A stretch of DNA of 64,000 bases from a virus: IMG/VR virus record IMGVR_UViG_3300050034_000334, one strand, 5' to 3'. A program made the position numbers and the translations under genes. The notes under the pieces are model-generated. The model saw nothing but the letters and a program-made list of their open reading frames with translations. It was not told where the DNA came from and ran no database searches. Shown here one piece after another: positions 6,596 through 16,878 of the stretch. Each line of letters begins with the position of its first letter. Positions within the stretch are counted from its first letter, which is position 1.

Positions 6596-8845
6596 CTATT
6601 CTGTTTCCACAACGACAATAGCTGGGAATTCTTTGATTCCCATAAGCAGAAGGGCATCAAATCTGTGGCCGCCTTCAAGAATGTAGTAGTCCTCAAGGTT
6701 ACTCAGATTGTCTATCACTACAATGAGAGGATTAATCTCCATAGACTCTATAATTTCACTCTTGAGTCTTTTCGTATACCGATCTTCACTGCTTGAATGT
6801 GGAACATACTCGTACTCCTTCTCGGATTTCATTTTCACAACACGAACACCTGGAAGTTCAGTCCAATCCTCATCGTTGTTATAGCCAGCTGAAATGGACT
6901 CAAGATTAGGAATCGTTCCTCTGACCTTCAGACTACCACAGGTGTCTCCCAGCATCTTCGGATAGAGCTTGTCGAGTTCTGACAGGGTCTCGTCATCGTC
7001 ATCAACAGCTGCAGTCTTCGAGATGCAAGGGATCCTCCAACCCATGAGGTTCAAGTTGTCCACCTTGAATCCGAGCCTCTTCACCATCGCCACATAGAGA
7101 GGAGTTTTGTCCGGGTTGTGACTCGCGATCACCAACTCGCCATACTTCTGCAGCCAGTGATTGAGGACCCTCTTGACTTCTGCCAACGATCCCTTGCCCC
7201 TCGAATTCGGAGTCTTGGTCAGCTGCTGCATGGGATCAAAAGCATCCATGCCGATCCGCTGCAGTCCGACCTGGTAGATGTTGGGAATCATCCCACTCTT
7301 GACCACCATGAGTTCGTACTCTCCAATGGTGGCCTCTTCCACGATCTTGTCTCCCGAGAGAGCCATGTAACGCTGTCCTGTTTCAGAGACGGCCACGGCC
7401 TCCTTGTGAGAACCTCCCATGTTGAATTCGTAGTAGGATCCCTGGCCATTGTAGGAGTCAGGAACCTCCGTCCCTCCGAGTTTCTTCACCATGGCCTGAG
7501 AGGCATAGTTGTCATTTTCGATGTAGGTCTTGGCGTGCTTGTATCCCATCTCAGCAATCTTGCCGAGAGCACTCTTCATGAGTTCGGGACCAAATCCTCT
7601 GTAGCGAATGTCGCTGTCAAGTCTGTTGAGATAGGCTTCACCATCTGCTCCAAGATCCACTGTGAAGTTTACCACAACCTTGTCAGTGAAGTTGACCTTG
7701 GTCAGCCAGTCATGTGCTTCCGGCTTCAGAGTACCCTCGAAGAAGAGACGCTGTGGAGATCCTGTGACCTGGACCTTGAGCCGGGGAGTCTCATAGTCCT
7801 CGACAATTTTGGTGCTGGCGACCTTTGCAGGCTCAATCTCCTTGAGCTTCTTTTCAATCCCATATTCATTGCTGAAGTACTCTACGGCAGCCTTCTCATC
7901 GAAGTCAGCGAATCCGTAGTTTGGTTCCTTCATGACTATTCGATGATCAAGATCTCCATCTCCTCCATCCATTCTTGAATTCTGACCTGTGTCATTGATC
8001 AGATCAGCAGCTTCGGAAAGAGCAAGATTCTGAGCCTTCTCGTTCAGTGTCTTTTTATCAGTGTCTTTCTCTTTCCCAAAATACGTGTAAGCCTTGTTAG
8101 AACCCATCTGTATCAGCTCCAGCTTGGCCCAACGCAAAAACCATACGATGCGATAGTTCTTATGAAGATTGTTCTTGGCCCAGTTGATCTCATCCTGGAT
8201 GTCCTGATGAAGAGAGATGGCAACACCGGACTTACCATCCACAGGAGGTAGAGCATTCTGAATTATGCTATTCAGGCCGGCAAACATCTCGTCATAGTTG
8301 GCCTCAGCTTCGATCTGAAAGCTGGCTTGCTTCTCAGGCGGAGGAGTCGTGTGCAGTAGATGATCCGCAGGCAACTCACAGGCTTTGCATTCTGGACTAC
8401 CCTCTTGAGGAACGAACTTGTGACGACCGTAAGGCCACCACTCTCTGTGGGCGGCGGCTGTCTTAGGATCCTCATCCATGTTATCTTCCGCGACGTCAAG
8501 GAACTCCTCGACCGGAACCTCATGGATGGCCTGTACCCGCGTCTCCCTCCAACCTGGATCAAATTGGGCGAGATAGACCGCTTCAGCTTCAGGCAAGGAT
8601 TCGAAGCCCAACATCACCTTGTACTCATCGAAGGAACCATCCTCCTTGAGTTGCTCCACCACATAAGCGTGCGGGGAGTGGTGATCATCTCCGACATACA
8701 CGTCCACGGCCTCTCCATCGCCTCTCCCGGTTGTATCGGGGATGAAGCCATAGTCGGCTTGCAGGATGCGATTGTGCCGGCGCTCGCCCTTCCACTTTTC
8801 AACCGTTACGGGAAGCCCTCTAAAGAGGTAATCGTGATCGTCCAT
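6596..8845 (-). CDS. polyvalent modular protein: InPase (inorganic pyrophosphatase-like), Zn module, GNAT, ParB-like
   Basis: ADYGFI..T.G.DGEAVDVYVG/FDEYKVMLGF; YRGFGPELMK...NYASQAMVKKLG; NPLIVV...ILEGGHRFDALLLMG. Confidence 0.8.
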   Translation of the reverse strand: MDDHDYLFRGLPVTVEKWKGERRHNRILQADYGFIPDTTGRGDGEAVDVYVGDDHHSPHAYVVEQLKEDGSFDEYKVMLGFESLPEAEAVYLAQFDPGWRETRVQAIHEVPVEEFLDVAEDNMDEDPKTAAAHREWWPYGRHKFVPQEGSPECKACELPADHLLHTTPPPEKQASFQIEAEANYDEMFAGLNSIIQNALPPVDGKSGVAISLHQDIQDEINWAKNNLHKNYRIVWFLRWAKLELIQMGSNKAYTYFGKEKDTDKKTLNEKAQNLALSEAADLINDTGQNSRMDGGDGDLDHRIVMKEPNYGFADFDEKAAVEYFSNEYGIEKKLKEIEPAKVASTKIVEDYETPRLKVQVTGSPQRLFFEGTLKPEAHDWLTKVNFTDKVVVNFTVDLGADGEAYLNRLDSDIRYRGFGPELMKSALGKIAEMGYKHAKTYIENDNYASQAMVKKLGGTEVPDSYNGQGSYYEFNMGGSHKEAVAVSETGQRYMALSGDKIVEEATIGEYELMVVKSGMIPNIYQVGLQRIGMDAFDPMQQLTKTPNSRGKGSLAEVKRVLNHWLQKYGELVIASHNPDKTPLYVAMVKRLGFKVDNLNLMGWRIPCISKTAAVDDDDETLSELDKLYPKMLGDTCGSLKVRGTIPNLESISAGYNNDEDWTELPGVRVVKMKSEKEYEYVPHSSSEDRYTKRLKSEIIESMEINPLIVVIDNLSNLEDYYILEGGHRFDALLLMGIKEFPAIVVVETE

Positions 8846-9576
8846 TAGGCGGCCTCCAATGAAGACTGGTACTTAACAATCCGATGAACCCATTCCATGA
8901 ATTCTTCTACTGGGCTGTTCATTTTTGCTCTGTTGCATCGTCCACAACAGGACACTACATTTCCTTCTTGATAGGGCAACGAGTTATTAACCCTATCTAT
9001 TCCGTTTCTCGTAAACGAAAACTTGTCAGTCTTGTAGCGAGCTTGGGTATCTCCTCCCGGAGAATAACTGTAGACTTGACGAGGTTCCACTCCGCAGTAG
9101 TAACACTTTCCCTCAGCTAGTTCTCTGGTCCTCTCCTCAGAAAGACCCCAGTCAAGACCTCTATCCTTGGCGTTGCCTTGTAGAGTTTTGAATAGCATGT
9201 GAAAAGCAGCTTCATGAGGAGGTAGTCTGTTCTGGTACTCCTCCAGTAAGCATCCACAACTTCGAGTATTCCCATTTCGTAGACGGTGGGCCAGAACTCT
9301 GACTTCTTTCCCACAGTCACACTCGCAGCGCCAAATGGCACCGCCGCCAACTTTGTCTGATCCAGTTCCAATCCTCTCAAGTGCGGTCAACTTTCCAAAC
9401 TTCATACCGATCATGTCCTTGTGACGGAAGTAGGGTTTGGAAGGCTTTCTGGTGAGAATTATGCGACGGTTAGTACATCTTCGACAAGTTATCTTCGCCT
9501 TTTCCGCAAATTCATACGCTGCCTTTGTCTTGTAACTGATCTCAGATGAGCACTCCGGACAACTTCTAGTGAACAT
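8845..9576 (-). CDS. HNH homing endonuclease
   Basis: WRCECDCG...TRSCGC zinc domain; CYYCG...NGIDRVNN...Y..GNVVSCCGRCNRAK. Confidence 0.9.
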   Translation of the reverse strand: MFTRSCPECSSEISYKTKAAYEFAEKAKITCRRCTNRRIILTRKPSKPYFRHKDMIGMKFGKLTALERIGTGSDKVGGGAIWRCECDCGKEVRVLAHRLRNGNTRSCGCLLEEYQNRLPPHEAAFHMLFKTLQGNAKDRGLDWGLSEERTRELAEGKCYYCGVEPRQVYSYSPGGDTQARYKTDKFSFTRNGIDRVNNSLPYQEGNVVSCCGRCNRAKMNSPVEEFMEWVHRIVKYQSSLEAA

Positions 9577-9606
9577 AGATAGACCTCACTATTGAGGCTG
9601 GTAGTC

Positions 9607-12591
9607 CTAATGTTCGAAAGCACTAATGAATATTCTTCTGTTTTTAGTTGGCAACTTGATTGCAACATTAGCTGCTTCTTCTAAGATTGCTTCCTTTCGA
9701 TGGAACTTGTCAGCGCAGTCAGGACAGACGACCTTCTTGTTCACTTCGAGGACATCGTCACCATTGAGATGTTCACCACATTCCTGACAGTTCTCGACGC
9801 CTTCCCGGGGATCGCTGGCCTTCTTTCTAATAAAGGTTGGCATCTTGGTCTTTCTGCCAACGAAGATGTTCATTCCTTCCAGCTTGATTCCATCAGAGGC
9901 TGATACATATTCGTCGTCGATAGGATTCAACTTCCAATCAACCGAACTGTTCTCCACTATCTGCTGGGTATCCGCATCCCAGCCACGACCTCCTTGGAAC
10001 TGCCCTTCGAGTACCTGACCACCTTCTACTGGAACAGCAATGACTCCATAATCGTGATAGTAGTCAATCAGAGAACGCTGCTCCTCATTGAAGTTTTTAG
10101 GGTATTCTTCATCATTATCTCCATTATTCATGCTCTCCATCCAGACATTGTACTCTGCGTTGGTGGTCCTCTCAAAATTCTCGAGCCACTCTCTGATCTG
10201 GGCTGAAGTGCCGTTCACTCCTGACGAGACAAGGGTTCCTGCGCTTGCTCCATAGTACCTGAAGTAGAGAGCATAGATCTCTGGTTCTTCACTAGCCTTT
10301 TTGGTGGTCTTGATCTTTGGGCACTTCAGTATTCTACCCACAGCTAGTGAGTTTAGTGCATCGATCTTGATTCCTTCTGAAACAGATACCTCGAGGGAAG
10401 ATGGCTCCAATCTCCATGTTCCGTATTGCCCCTGGCGCCTGGTCATGGGACTGCGTTCTCCACTGAAAGTGCCTGTGTATATCCGGCCTCCTTCAGTGGG
10501 CACAATAGCAGGATTTAGACCCTCAGCATAGTAGTTGCATAGCTCTTCCTGATCATGAGCCAACGTGTCTTCATTGAGGTATTTGTTGAATGTGGTCTTG
10601 TCAAAATCATCATCTAGCCACTGCTTGATGGCTTCAAGAGACCCAGAAAACCCAGTTGCGATCCCATCAGTAACTCCCAGCAGTTCCATGAACAGCAAGG
10701 AGTATTTTTCCTCCTCGTCACTTCCATTCAGACGGAACTTGGGAAGGTGGATCTGCTTACCCACAAAGTTGGCATTCATCCCCTCAATCTTGATGCCTTC
10801 AGAAGCAGTGACCTTTGTGTCAGAGGGGAACATCCTCCAACTGGTGCTGGCATTCCAACGCATCTCTTGGACCAACCCTCCCTCTGCAGGGATGGCGATT
10901 GCATCCAAGGTGCCAAACCTCTTGCACAGTTCCTTCTGATCAGGAGTGAAGTTGAGAGGAAACTCATCAGAATCTTCTGGTCTGTTTCCTGGCCAATCCA
11001 GGCTCGTGTTGAGGGCCTTGACATGTTTGTCGTATATGGAATATGTGGTCTTTTCGAAGTTGTTGACCCACTCCACGATCTGTTTGGCAGTCCCGTTGAA
11101 CCCGGTCGTATAGATGGTGTCCGGCTTCCTACCATTGAAGCACAGAGCATAGACCGTGTCATCTTCGGGAGTGAGAGGTTCCTCAGGAGGATTGTTTCTC
11201 ATCACTTCGGAGTCTCTCAGTTCCCCGGCTTGCTTGGCTTTTCCTTCAACCAAGCCATGAATCAGATCCTTGGACTCTTCGAACAGAGTGACAATGCCTG
11301 GATGGTAATCTTTCGGGTTGTCCTTGATGTCCTGCTCAATCTCTTCCAGGGTAAACCACTCGATGCTGTCATTCTCCCACTCATGACCGAAGGTCGGCTG
11401 GAAGGCGAACTCCTCGTCCACCACACCGATGAAATTTGAATATGTGAAATCTTCTTTCTTAAACACGAAGGCAGCATGAGTCTTGATGGGACCTGAATAC
11501 CCGGTCTCTTCCTGCAACTCAGTCCTAGCACTCTCTTCGGGAGACATATCCTTCTTGACCGCTCCACCCAGGGTGCCCCAGCAGTTGCCCTCTTCGACCT
11601 TATCGCTTCTCCATGCCAGACAGATCCGCTTGGTCTCGCTGCAGATCGGAACGACACCAGAGGACTGAGCTTTCCAACTGTCGTCTGAAGCAGTCCTCTT
11701 GATCACTTCATTGAACGGAATGAAGGAGTCCTTGTCACCCTTGTTCTTCATTTCCAGACGAATCCCTTCAGCCGTCGAAACAGTATTGCCTTCATCCGAT
11801 TCTTTGAAGTTAGGAGATATCCATGCACGGACTTTTCCACCCTCTGTGGGAAAGGCATACAGAGCGAAGTATTTGGCCGTGAACTGGTTCTTCTCACTGT
11901 CACGTGCCCACTCAGTGATCTCAGGTAGCGTCCCGGTCATGCTTGTGGGCTGCAGCATGGGAGTTCTCTGGTCTTGCATGGTGACATAGAACAGAGAGTA
12001 CCGATCATCCTCTTCCTCGCCAGCCGTATGAGGTCCTCCCTTTTGGGTGCGGACCATTCCCTGTCCTGGCTGGTTCTTCGTGGTGTGAGCACAGAACTTC
12101 AGGGCCTCGTCGTTGGACAATGGGACTCCGAACCAGACATCATTCACGCTGTTTTCACCAGAGGACTCGACTACCTTACCATCTTTCAATCCCCAGGTGT
12201 GCTGATGCCAGCCTTGAAAGTTGTGGCCATACCCGATGACGATGGTGTCTATCTTCCCCTTTTCATAGAGAGTCGCGATGTTCCAGTGACAGTCGCCTTC
12301 AGACATGGGGATAAGAGATGGACGTCCTCTGTAAGCAACTCCTCTATGAGCGATAGCTGTTGAGTCGGGATCGTTCTTTAGTTGACCTCCACTTGTAGTG
12401 TCTCCTGGCGCCAGACTACGAAGTTTCTTGGTCAGTTCTGCTGAAGATCCCTCCTTGAATAGAGCAGGATTCATCTCTTCAAGAGGCAATATCTCGTTCT
12501 CATCCTGGCGGTTGTCAGGATCTAGAGCCCATCCGTTAGACATTGGTTCGAATTCTGGACGGGTAGCGAGAGGAGGATTCTTTCTGCTCAC
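9607..12591 (-). CDS. modular protein with NUDIX hydrolase domain, four copies of an unknown ~100-aa domain and Zn ribbon
   Basis: Nudix box GGAVKKDMSPEESARTELQEETG; repeated TGxNG..QI.EW / PxEGG / SEGIKIE; N-terminal GDCHWN..WHQHTW (transglutaminase-like). Confidence 0.8.
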   Translation of the reverse strand: MSRKNPPLATRPEFEPMSNGWALDPDNRQDENEILPLEEMNPALFKEGSSAELTKKLRSLAPGDTTSGGQLKNDPDSTAIAHRGVAYRGRPSLIPMSEGDCHWNIATLYEKGKIDTIVIGYGHNFQGWHQHTWGLKDGKVVESSGENSVNDVWFGVPLSNDEALKFCAHTTKNQPGQGMVRTQKGGPHTAGEEEDDRYSLFYVTMQDQRTPMLQPTSMTGTLPEITEWARDSEKNQFTAKYFALYAFPTEGGKVRAWISPNFKESDEGNTVSTAEGIRLEMKNKGDKDSFIPFNEVIKRTASDDSWKAQSSGVVPICSETKRICLAWRSDKVEEGNCWGTLGGAVKKDMSPEESARTELQEETGYSGPIKTHAAFVFKKEDFTYSNFIGVVDEEFAFQPTFGHEWENDSIEWFTLEEIEQDIKDNPKDYHPGIVTLFEESKDLIHGLVEGKAKQAGELRDSEVMRNNPPEEPLTPEDDTVYALCFNGRKPDTIYTTGFNGTAKQIVEWVNNFEKTTYSIYDKHVKALNTSLDWPGNRPEDSDEFPLNFTPDQKELCKRFGTLDAIAIPAEGGLVQEMRWNASTSWRMFPSDTKVTASEGIKIEGMNANFVGKQIHLPKFRLNGSDEEEKYSLLFMELLGVTDGIATGFSGSLEAIKQWLDDDFDKTTFNKYLNEDTLAHDQEELCNYYAEGLNPAIVPTEGGRIYTGTFSGERSPMTRRQGQYGTWRLEPSSLEVSVSEGIKIDALNSLAVGRILKCPKIKTTKKASEEPEIYALYFRYYGASAGTLVSSGVNGTSAQIREWLENFERTTNAEYNVWMESMNNGDNDEEYPKNFNEEQRSLIDYYHDYGVIAVPVEGGQVLEGQFQGGRGWDADTQQIVENSSVDWKLNPIDDEYVSASDGIKLEGMNIFVGRKTKMPTFIRKKASDPREGVENCQECGEHLNGDDVLEVNKKVVCPDCADKFHRKEAILEEAANVAIKLPTKNRRIFISAFEH

Positions 12592-12600
12592 CAGTTCCTC

Positions 12601-15273
12601 CTACTGTCCGTGTCTCCACAAGCCATAGGCTTCCATGGGATCGTCGACGATTTCAACTTCGTCGGGATCGTCATCCAGAGTCAGGTCATATCTGCGACAT
12701 TCCGGATTCATGCATTTGCGGACCCGCTTGTGATCAGGAGTGCCCGAGGGTTCCCACTCGAGCTTGTGTTCGCAGTCAGGGCAGTAATCGCAGTTGGGGC
12801 ACTCACCTTCTGCCGTGTCTCCCTTGCAGTTTTCACACACATCACAGTTGGTGCAACGACCCTGCTCATCGAACTTCTTCTCACCGCAGTTTGCACACTC
12901 GCCTTCACTGTTGATGGCGGCCTGCTTTAGAAGTGGATGTTTCACGTTTGCCTCTTTCTTTGCTGATGCCATCGAAAGTTGTGTCCATCTCATCTGGTTG
13001 TAGTCATCATCTTGGCTGCTGCGCGGCACTTCTTTCTTCTTCACATGTACGATCGAATCCGGATACATGTCTTGATACATACCAGCAACTTCTTCAGCCG
13101 TTCCAGGATTGGTAACAACCTTGTCTTCGGCTGGGAAGTCAGCATTCTGGAAGTGGACATGCCACTCACCCGGCTTGCCGTCAATGATGATGTGATCAAC
13201 TGGTCCAGACTCTGCCTTCTTGGTGCTGGCGTTCATCTTGATTTTCACCATGTCGAGTTCGCCGGTGATTGCACGACGTTCCGACATATCCAGCATCGGA
13301 TCAGCTAACTCTCTTTCGAGGAATTTCTTCCGTCTCTTGAGTTCTTCTGGATCCATTTTCGAAACCTTCTTCTTCATTCTCCTGAACTGCTCAGGATTCA
13401 CGTTGTCATTCCAATTCCACTGCAAACTGGGATGATTGACTCCTGTCTCATCTTTCTTTTCGACAGGGTCCGCATGGACGACCGGATCGGCGATCTTGTG
13501 AGACTTGCCATTCTTCCGAACTTGGATGTCACTGGCAAACTTGACTGGAGCGGCATCGTGACTTGGCATGAACCCGCCACACTTTTCTCCACAGATGTCA
13601 CAATCTCCTCTCTCGTCATGATCGTAGAATCCATGACCACAAATGCAAGAGGGATTGTCCTCGTTCCGCCAGGGAGCATCCTCGTTCATGGTTCTATGAG
13701 GGTGACCCTCTGGTAGCTTCTTGCGAGGCACATGATACTGTTCACCACTGGCATCTGTGAAGCCGGCAACATTCTCGTCGCTGATCATGGGATCGTATTC
13801 AGCTTCAGGATGCTTGGGATGGGATCCTGCCTGCTTGGCGTTCATGCGATAGATCTCTTGAAGAGTGTCTTCATCCTGATCAGTGATGGGATACCGCTCT
13901 TCCACCGGAGTCTCCTCATCTTCCCATCTGTTCAGAAGTTTGTGCTTCGTAGCAAAGGGGTTCGACTCCCTCTTCTCAGAACGCTGACGCTGTGGCATCG
14001 GAGCCTGACACCAGTCACAATACTTGTTTTCTGGGTTGTTGGGATGCTCACATTCCTCGCAGTAATTGGGGTCACCTGGACCCGGCTCCCAATTGGGATC
14101 GATGACGGCCTTCTTCGGAACGAACGCAGCGAAACGAGGTCCACCCTGTGGCTCTTGTACTCTTCGTTCCTCTTTCTTCTGCTCGTCTACATAGGCTGCA
14201 TAGTCGGAGGGACGTTCCCACAGAGTCTTGTTGCAGTGCTGAAACTGTTCAGGAGTGGGAAGAGGAGCACCAGCGAACAGCCGATGTTGCAGCAACTTCT
14301 TAGACCCGAACATCTTCATGTCTTTGAGTTCCTGCTGGTCTGCATCACTGAAGGGATTGTCGTAGTTTGTTGCCTGCTGTTGAGGCTTAGGAAGCATCCT
14401 CTCCAGGTACTCAATGGCATCATCGATTGATCCCCAGTCGACATCAAGCTGATTTGCAAGATCCTTCTTGGCCTCGATCTCCTTCTTGATCTGCTGAAGG
14501 CGAGAGATGGTGATGGGGAGATACCGGGGATCGTCTGTACCAGCCTTCTTGAGACTGCCGTTCTTGGGTCCTTCGAATTCCCTCATCCCTGGATACATCT
14601 TCTGGAACTGCAACCAGGCTCTCTCCTCCGCTCCCTGGTACTGTCTTTGAGCATGGCTGACGCCCATGTACTCTGATCCCAGATTGTTCATTTCCCGAGA
14701 CAAGAGGTTCATGTATGTGCGACGTTCTTCAGGACTCAACACGACCAGCTTCTTGCGATTGAAGATGCCGCCGGACTTGGTGCGAACCATCTCGTCTCGT
14801 GGAACAGACGTGGTCGTGAATGGCTTGGACTCTTTCCCGTGAGCGCGATTCCAAAGCTCTGATTGAATCTTCTGGAACTCACGAAGTTCGTCCTGTCTGT
14901 ACAGAAGCACTCCCCAGCGACGCTCTGCTCTCTTGTTGATCTCCTCGAGCCGTGCAAGCAGTTCTTCAGTCGTGCTGCTGGAAACCTGCTCGTGTTCAAC
15001 ATCCCGGTCCTTTGGTTCAAAATCGCGACTTGTCCAATTGACTCCTGCAGTCTTCTTCGGGCACTTGCAGTGTTCCTTCAGATAGTCGCATTCGGGGCAA
15101 TAGGCTTTCTGCTCAGCCTCGTACTCCTTCTTGCATTTATCATTGCAGAAGTGGGGTCCACGCAGGGATTCGGAGTGGCTGTAGGTGGTGATGTGACGAC
15201 CACACTGTTCACACTCAGCAGATCCTAGGATGGCTGCGGTCCGGCTGTTGTAACTTCTGAGAAGAGGATTCAT
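12601..15273 (-). CDS. modular protein with many CxxC zinc-binding modules (probable virion internal protein)
   Basis: Start inferred at MNPLLR after GGGAG; many CxxC pairs; modules separated by KTA/KKA/KQA/KFA motifs. Confidence 0.7.
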   Translation of the reverse strand: MNPLLRSYNSRTAAILGSAECEQCGRHITTYSHSESLRGPHFCNDKCKKEYEAEQKAYCPECDYLKEHCKCPKKTAGVNWTSRDFEPKDRDVEHEQVSSSTTEELLARLEEINKRAERRWGVLLYRQDELREFQKIQSELWNRAHGKESKPFTTTSVPRDEMVRTKSGGIFNRKKLVVLSPEERRTYMNLLSREMNNLGSEYMGVSHAQRQYQGAEERAWLQFQKMYPGMREFEGPKNGSLKKAGTDDPRYLPITISRLQQIKKEIEAKKDLANQLDVDWGSIDDAIEYLERMLPKPQQQATNYDNPFSDADQQELKDMKMFGSKKLLQHRLFAGAPLPTPEQFQHCNKTLWERPSDYAAYVDEQKKEERRVQEPQGGPRFAAFVPKKAVIDPNWEPGPGDPNYCEECEHPNNPENKYCDWCQAPMPQRQRSEKRESNPFATKHKLLNRWEDEETPVEERYPITDQDEDTLQEIYRMNAKQAGSHPKHPEAEYDPMISDENVAGFTDASGEQYHVPRKKLPEGHPHRTMNEDAPWRNEDNPSCICGHGFYDHDERGDCDICGEKCGGFMPSHDAAPVKFASDIQVRKNGKSHKIADPVVHADPVEKKDETGVNHPSLQWNWNDNVNPEQFRRMKKKVSKMDPEELKRRKKFLERELADPMLDMSERRAITGELDMVKIKMNASTKKAESGPVDHIIIDGKPGEWHVHFQNADFPAEDKVVTNPGTAEEVAGMYQDMYPDSIVHVKKKEVPRSSQDDDYNQMRWTQLSMASAKKEANVKHPLLKQAAINSEGECANCGEKKFDEQGRCTNCDVCENCKGDTAEGECPNCDYCPDCEHKLEWEPSGTPDHKRVRKCMNPECRRYDLTLDDDPDEVEIVDDPMEAYGLWRHGQ

Positions 15274-15343
15274 CGAAACTCCCGAACACACGATGTTCTA
15301 CAATGTATTTAGAAGTTGGAGCGGTGTGCGGTATTATGTAGAT

Positions 15344-16180
15344 ATGAGCGTAGATACCCTGAATTCCTTCATAGAAGAGCGGGAAGAGATTCGTGTGAGG
15401 AAGGAATCGGGCCAGCCATGGCCCTGGACTTCCAACGTGATTTTCTTGACCTACAAGTTCTGTAACGTCTGTCGCGAGGATGATCGAACCACGCGGTGGA
15501 TTGCCAAGAACTGGAGAGAACCACATGCTGACGACCCCGATCTTTGGTTTGCCCTGGTCATAGCTCGCCGCGTTCTCAACTGGCCCTGGAGCATGCAAGC
15601 TCTTGGATACCCGGTGCCCTGGGATTCAGCTTACTTCACCTCAGTCACCACATCCCTGATGACCTCTGGCCAGAAATGCTACGACACAGCCTATCAGCTT
15701 CTCGTTCAAGGACAGAAGGGTGACAAGGCTGAGAACATGATCAAGCACATCCTCAATCCTCTCTGGGAACATCGTGAACACATCCGACCCAGGCAGTACG
15801 ATGAGTTGCGAACCTTCTTCAATCGACTCTCAGCCTTCAAGTACATGGGTCTGTTTTACACCGGCCAGGTCGTGGCTGATCTGAAGTATGCTCAACTGAC
15901 GAATGCTCTAGACTGGGATTCGTTTGCTGTGCCAGGTCCTGGAAGCGAACGCGGCCTCAATCGAGTTCTCGGCAAGCCCAAGGAGTGTGCTTGGACTGTC
16001 AAGGGTTGGACCGAAGCACTAGAAAATCTGAGACCTCAGATCAGAATGAAGATCCATGCTCAAGATCTCCAGAACTGCCTCTGTGAGTTCGACAAGTATG
16101 AGCGCATCAGACTGGGAGAAGGTCGGGTGCGTCCATATCACCCTGCTCCTCCTATGGTGACTGACGGGAGTTCGTCATGA
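15344..16180 (+). CDS. 5-hmdU DNA kinase / alpha-glutamyl-putrescinyl thymine pyrophosphorylase clade 1-like DNA base-modification enzyme
   Basis: FIEERE.IR..K..G.PWPWT...F..YKFCNV.REDDRTTRW, FY.GQVVADL.Y, GPGS.RGL.R and QNCLCEFDKY.R motifs. Confidence 0.8.
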   Translation: MSVDTLNSFIEEREEIRVRKESGQPWPWTSNVIFLTYKFCNVCREDDRTTRWIAKNWREPHADDPDLWFALVIARRVLNWPWSMQALGYPVPWDSAYFTSVTTSLMTSGQKCYDTAYQLLVQGQKGDKAENMIKHILNPLWEHREHIRPRQYDELRTFFNRLSAFKYMGLFYTGQVVADLKYAQLTNALDWDSFAVPGPGSERGLNRVLGKPKECAWTVKGWTEALENLRPQIRMKIHAQDLQNCLCEFDKYERIRLGEGRVRPYHPAPPMVTDGSSS

Positions 16181-16446
16181 GTGAATCCCAGAAGACTATC
16201 TATCCCACTCTAATCGCTGCCTACGGTCGGAGATCAACGGTTACTGTCAAAGAGGCCATCTTTTTCCTCATTGATCGCAACTCTAGTGAACCCTTGCGTC
16301 CCACTGAGCTCTTGAGAGATCTCACTACCAGGTTTGTTCCACCGTACACATACAGCGAAGTTCAGGATGAGATTTCGAAACTGCTGGAGGAAAATGTCAT
16401 TCTGCTAACCCCGAACCTCCGTGTTGTCAGACAGAAATCCTCTTAG
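16177..16446 (+). CDS. hypothetical protein, possible winged-helix
   Basis: ATGA-coupled; C-terminal YSEVQDEISKLLEENVILLTPNLRV. Confidence 0.65.
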   Translation: MSESQKTIYPTLIAAYGRRSTVTVKEAIFFLIDRNSSEPLRPTELLRDLTTRFVPPYTYSEVQDEISKLLEENVILLTPNLRVVRQKSS

Positions 16447-16877
16447 AACCAAGCATCGTCACCAAAGTTATCAGCATTTCCGTTCATCCATGGCGGAGGG
16501 TCATCGATAAACAGAGGGAAGGGATTCTCCTGAAACTCCATCTGAACTCCCAGTGAAACTCCTACAATTGGCCTGACACTGATCAGAGTCACCATTGCCA
16601 TCTTGTAAAGAACAAAAGGGAAGGGGATCTTGCCATCCATACGAATGTCGAATCCCTGTGTTGGATTGATGTAGAAGGCGCGCATCTGATCCCACTCCAT
16701 GGTGATGCCCGCAAGAGGCTGAGTCAGGAGTAGAAACGAGTTCTCAGGTGCATTATCCTGACAGTTGCCAGGGTCTGGAACTCCAATGAGCAAGGTTGTA
16801 TTATTGGCCGTAGTCGTCATGCTTTGAACGACCATGATCGGTCGATATCCTTCGAATTCTTTGACGGCTAAGAGCAT
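16443..16877 (-). CDS. hypothetical protein
   Basis: Start inferred at MLLAVK, immediately after the upstream stop with AAAGGA. Confidence 0.65.
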   Translation of the reverse strand: MLLAVKEFEGYRPIMVVQSMTTTANNTTLLIGVPDPGNCQDNAPENSFLLLTQPLAGITMEWDQMRAFYINPTQGFDIRMDGKIPFPFVLYKMAMVTLISVRPIVGVSLGVQMEFQENPFPLFIDDPPPWMNGNADNFGDDAWF

Positions 16878-16878
16878 G

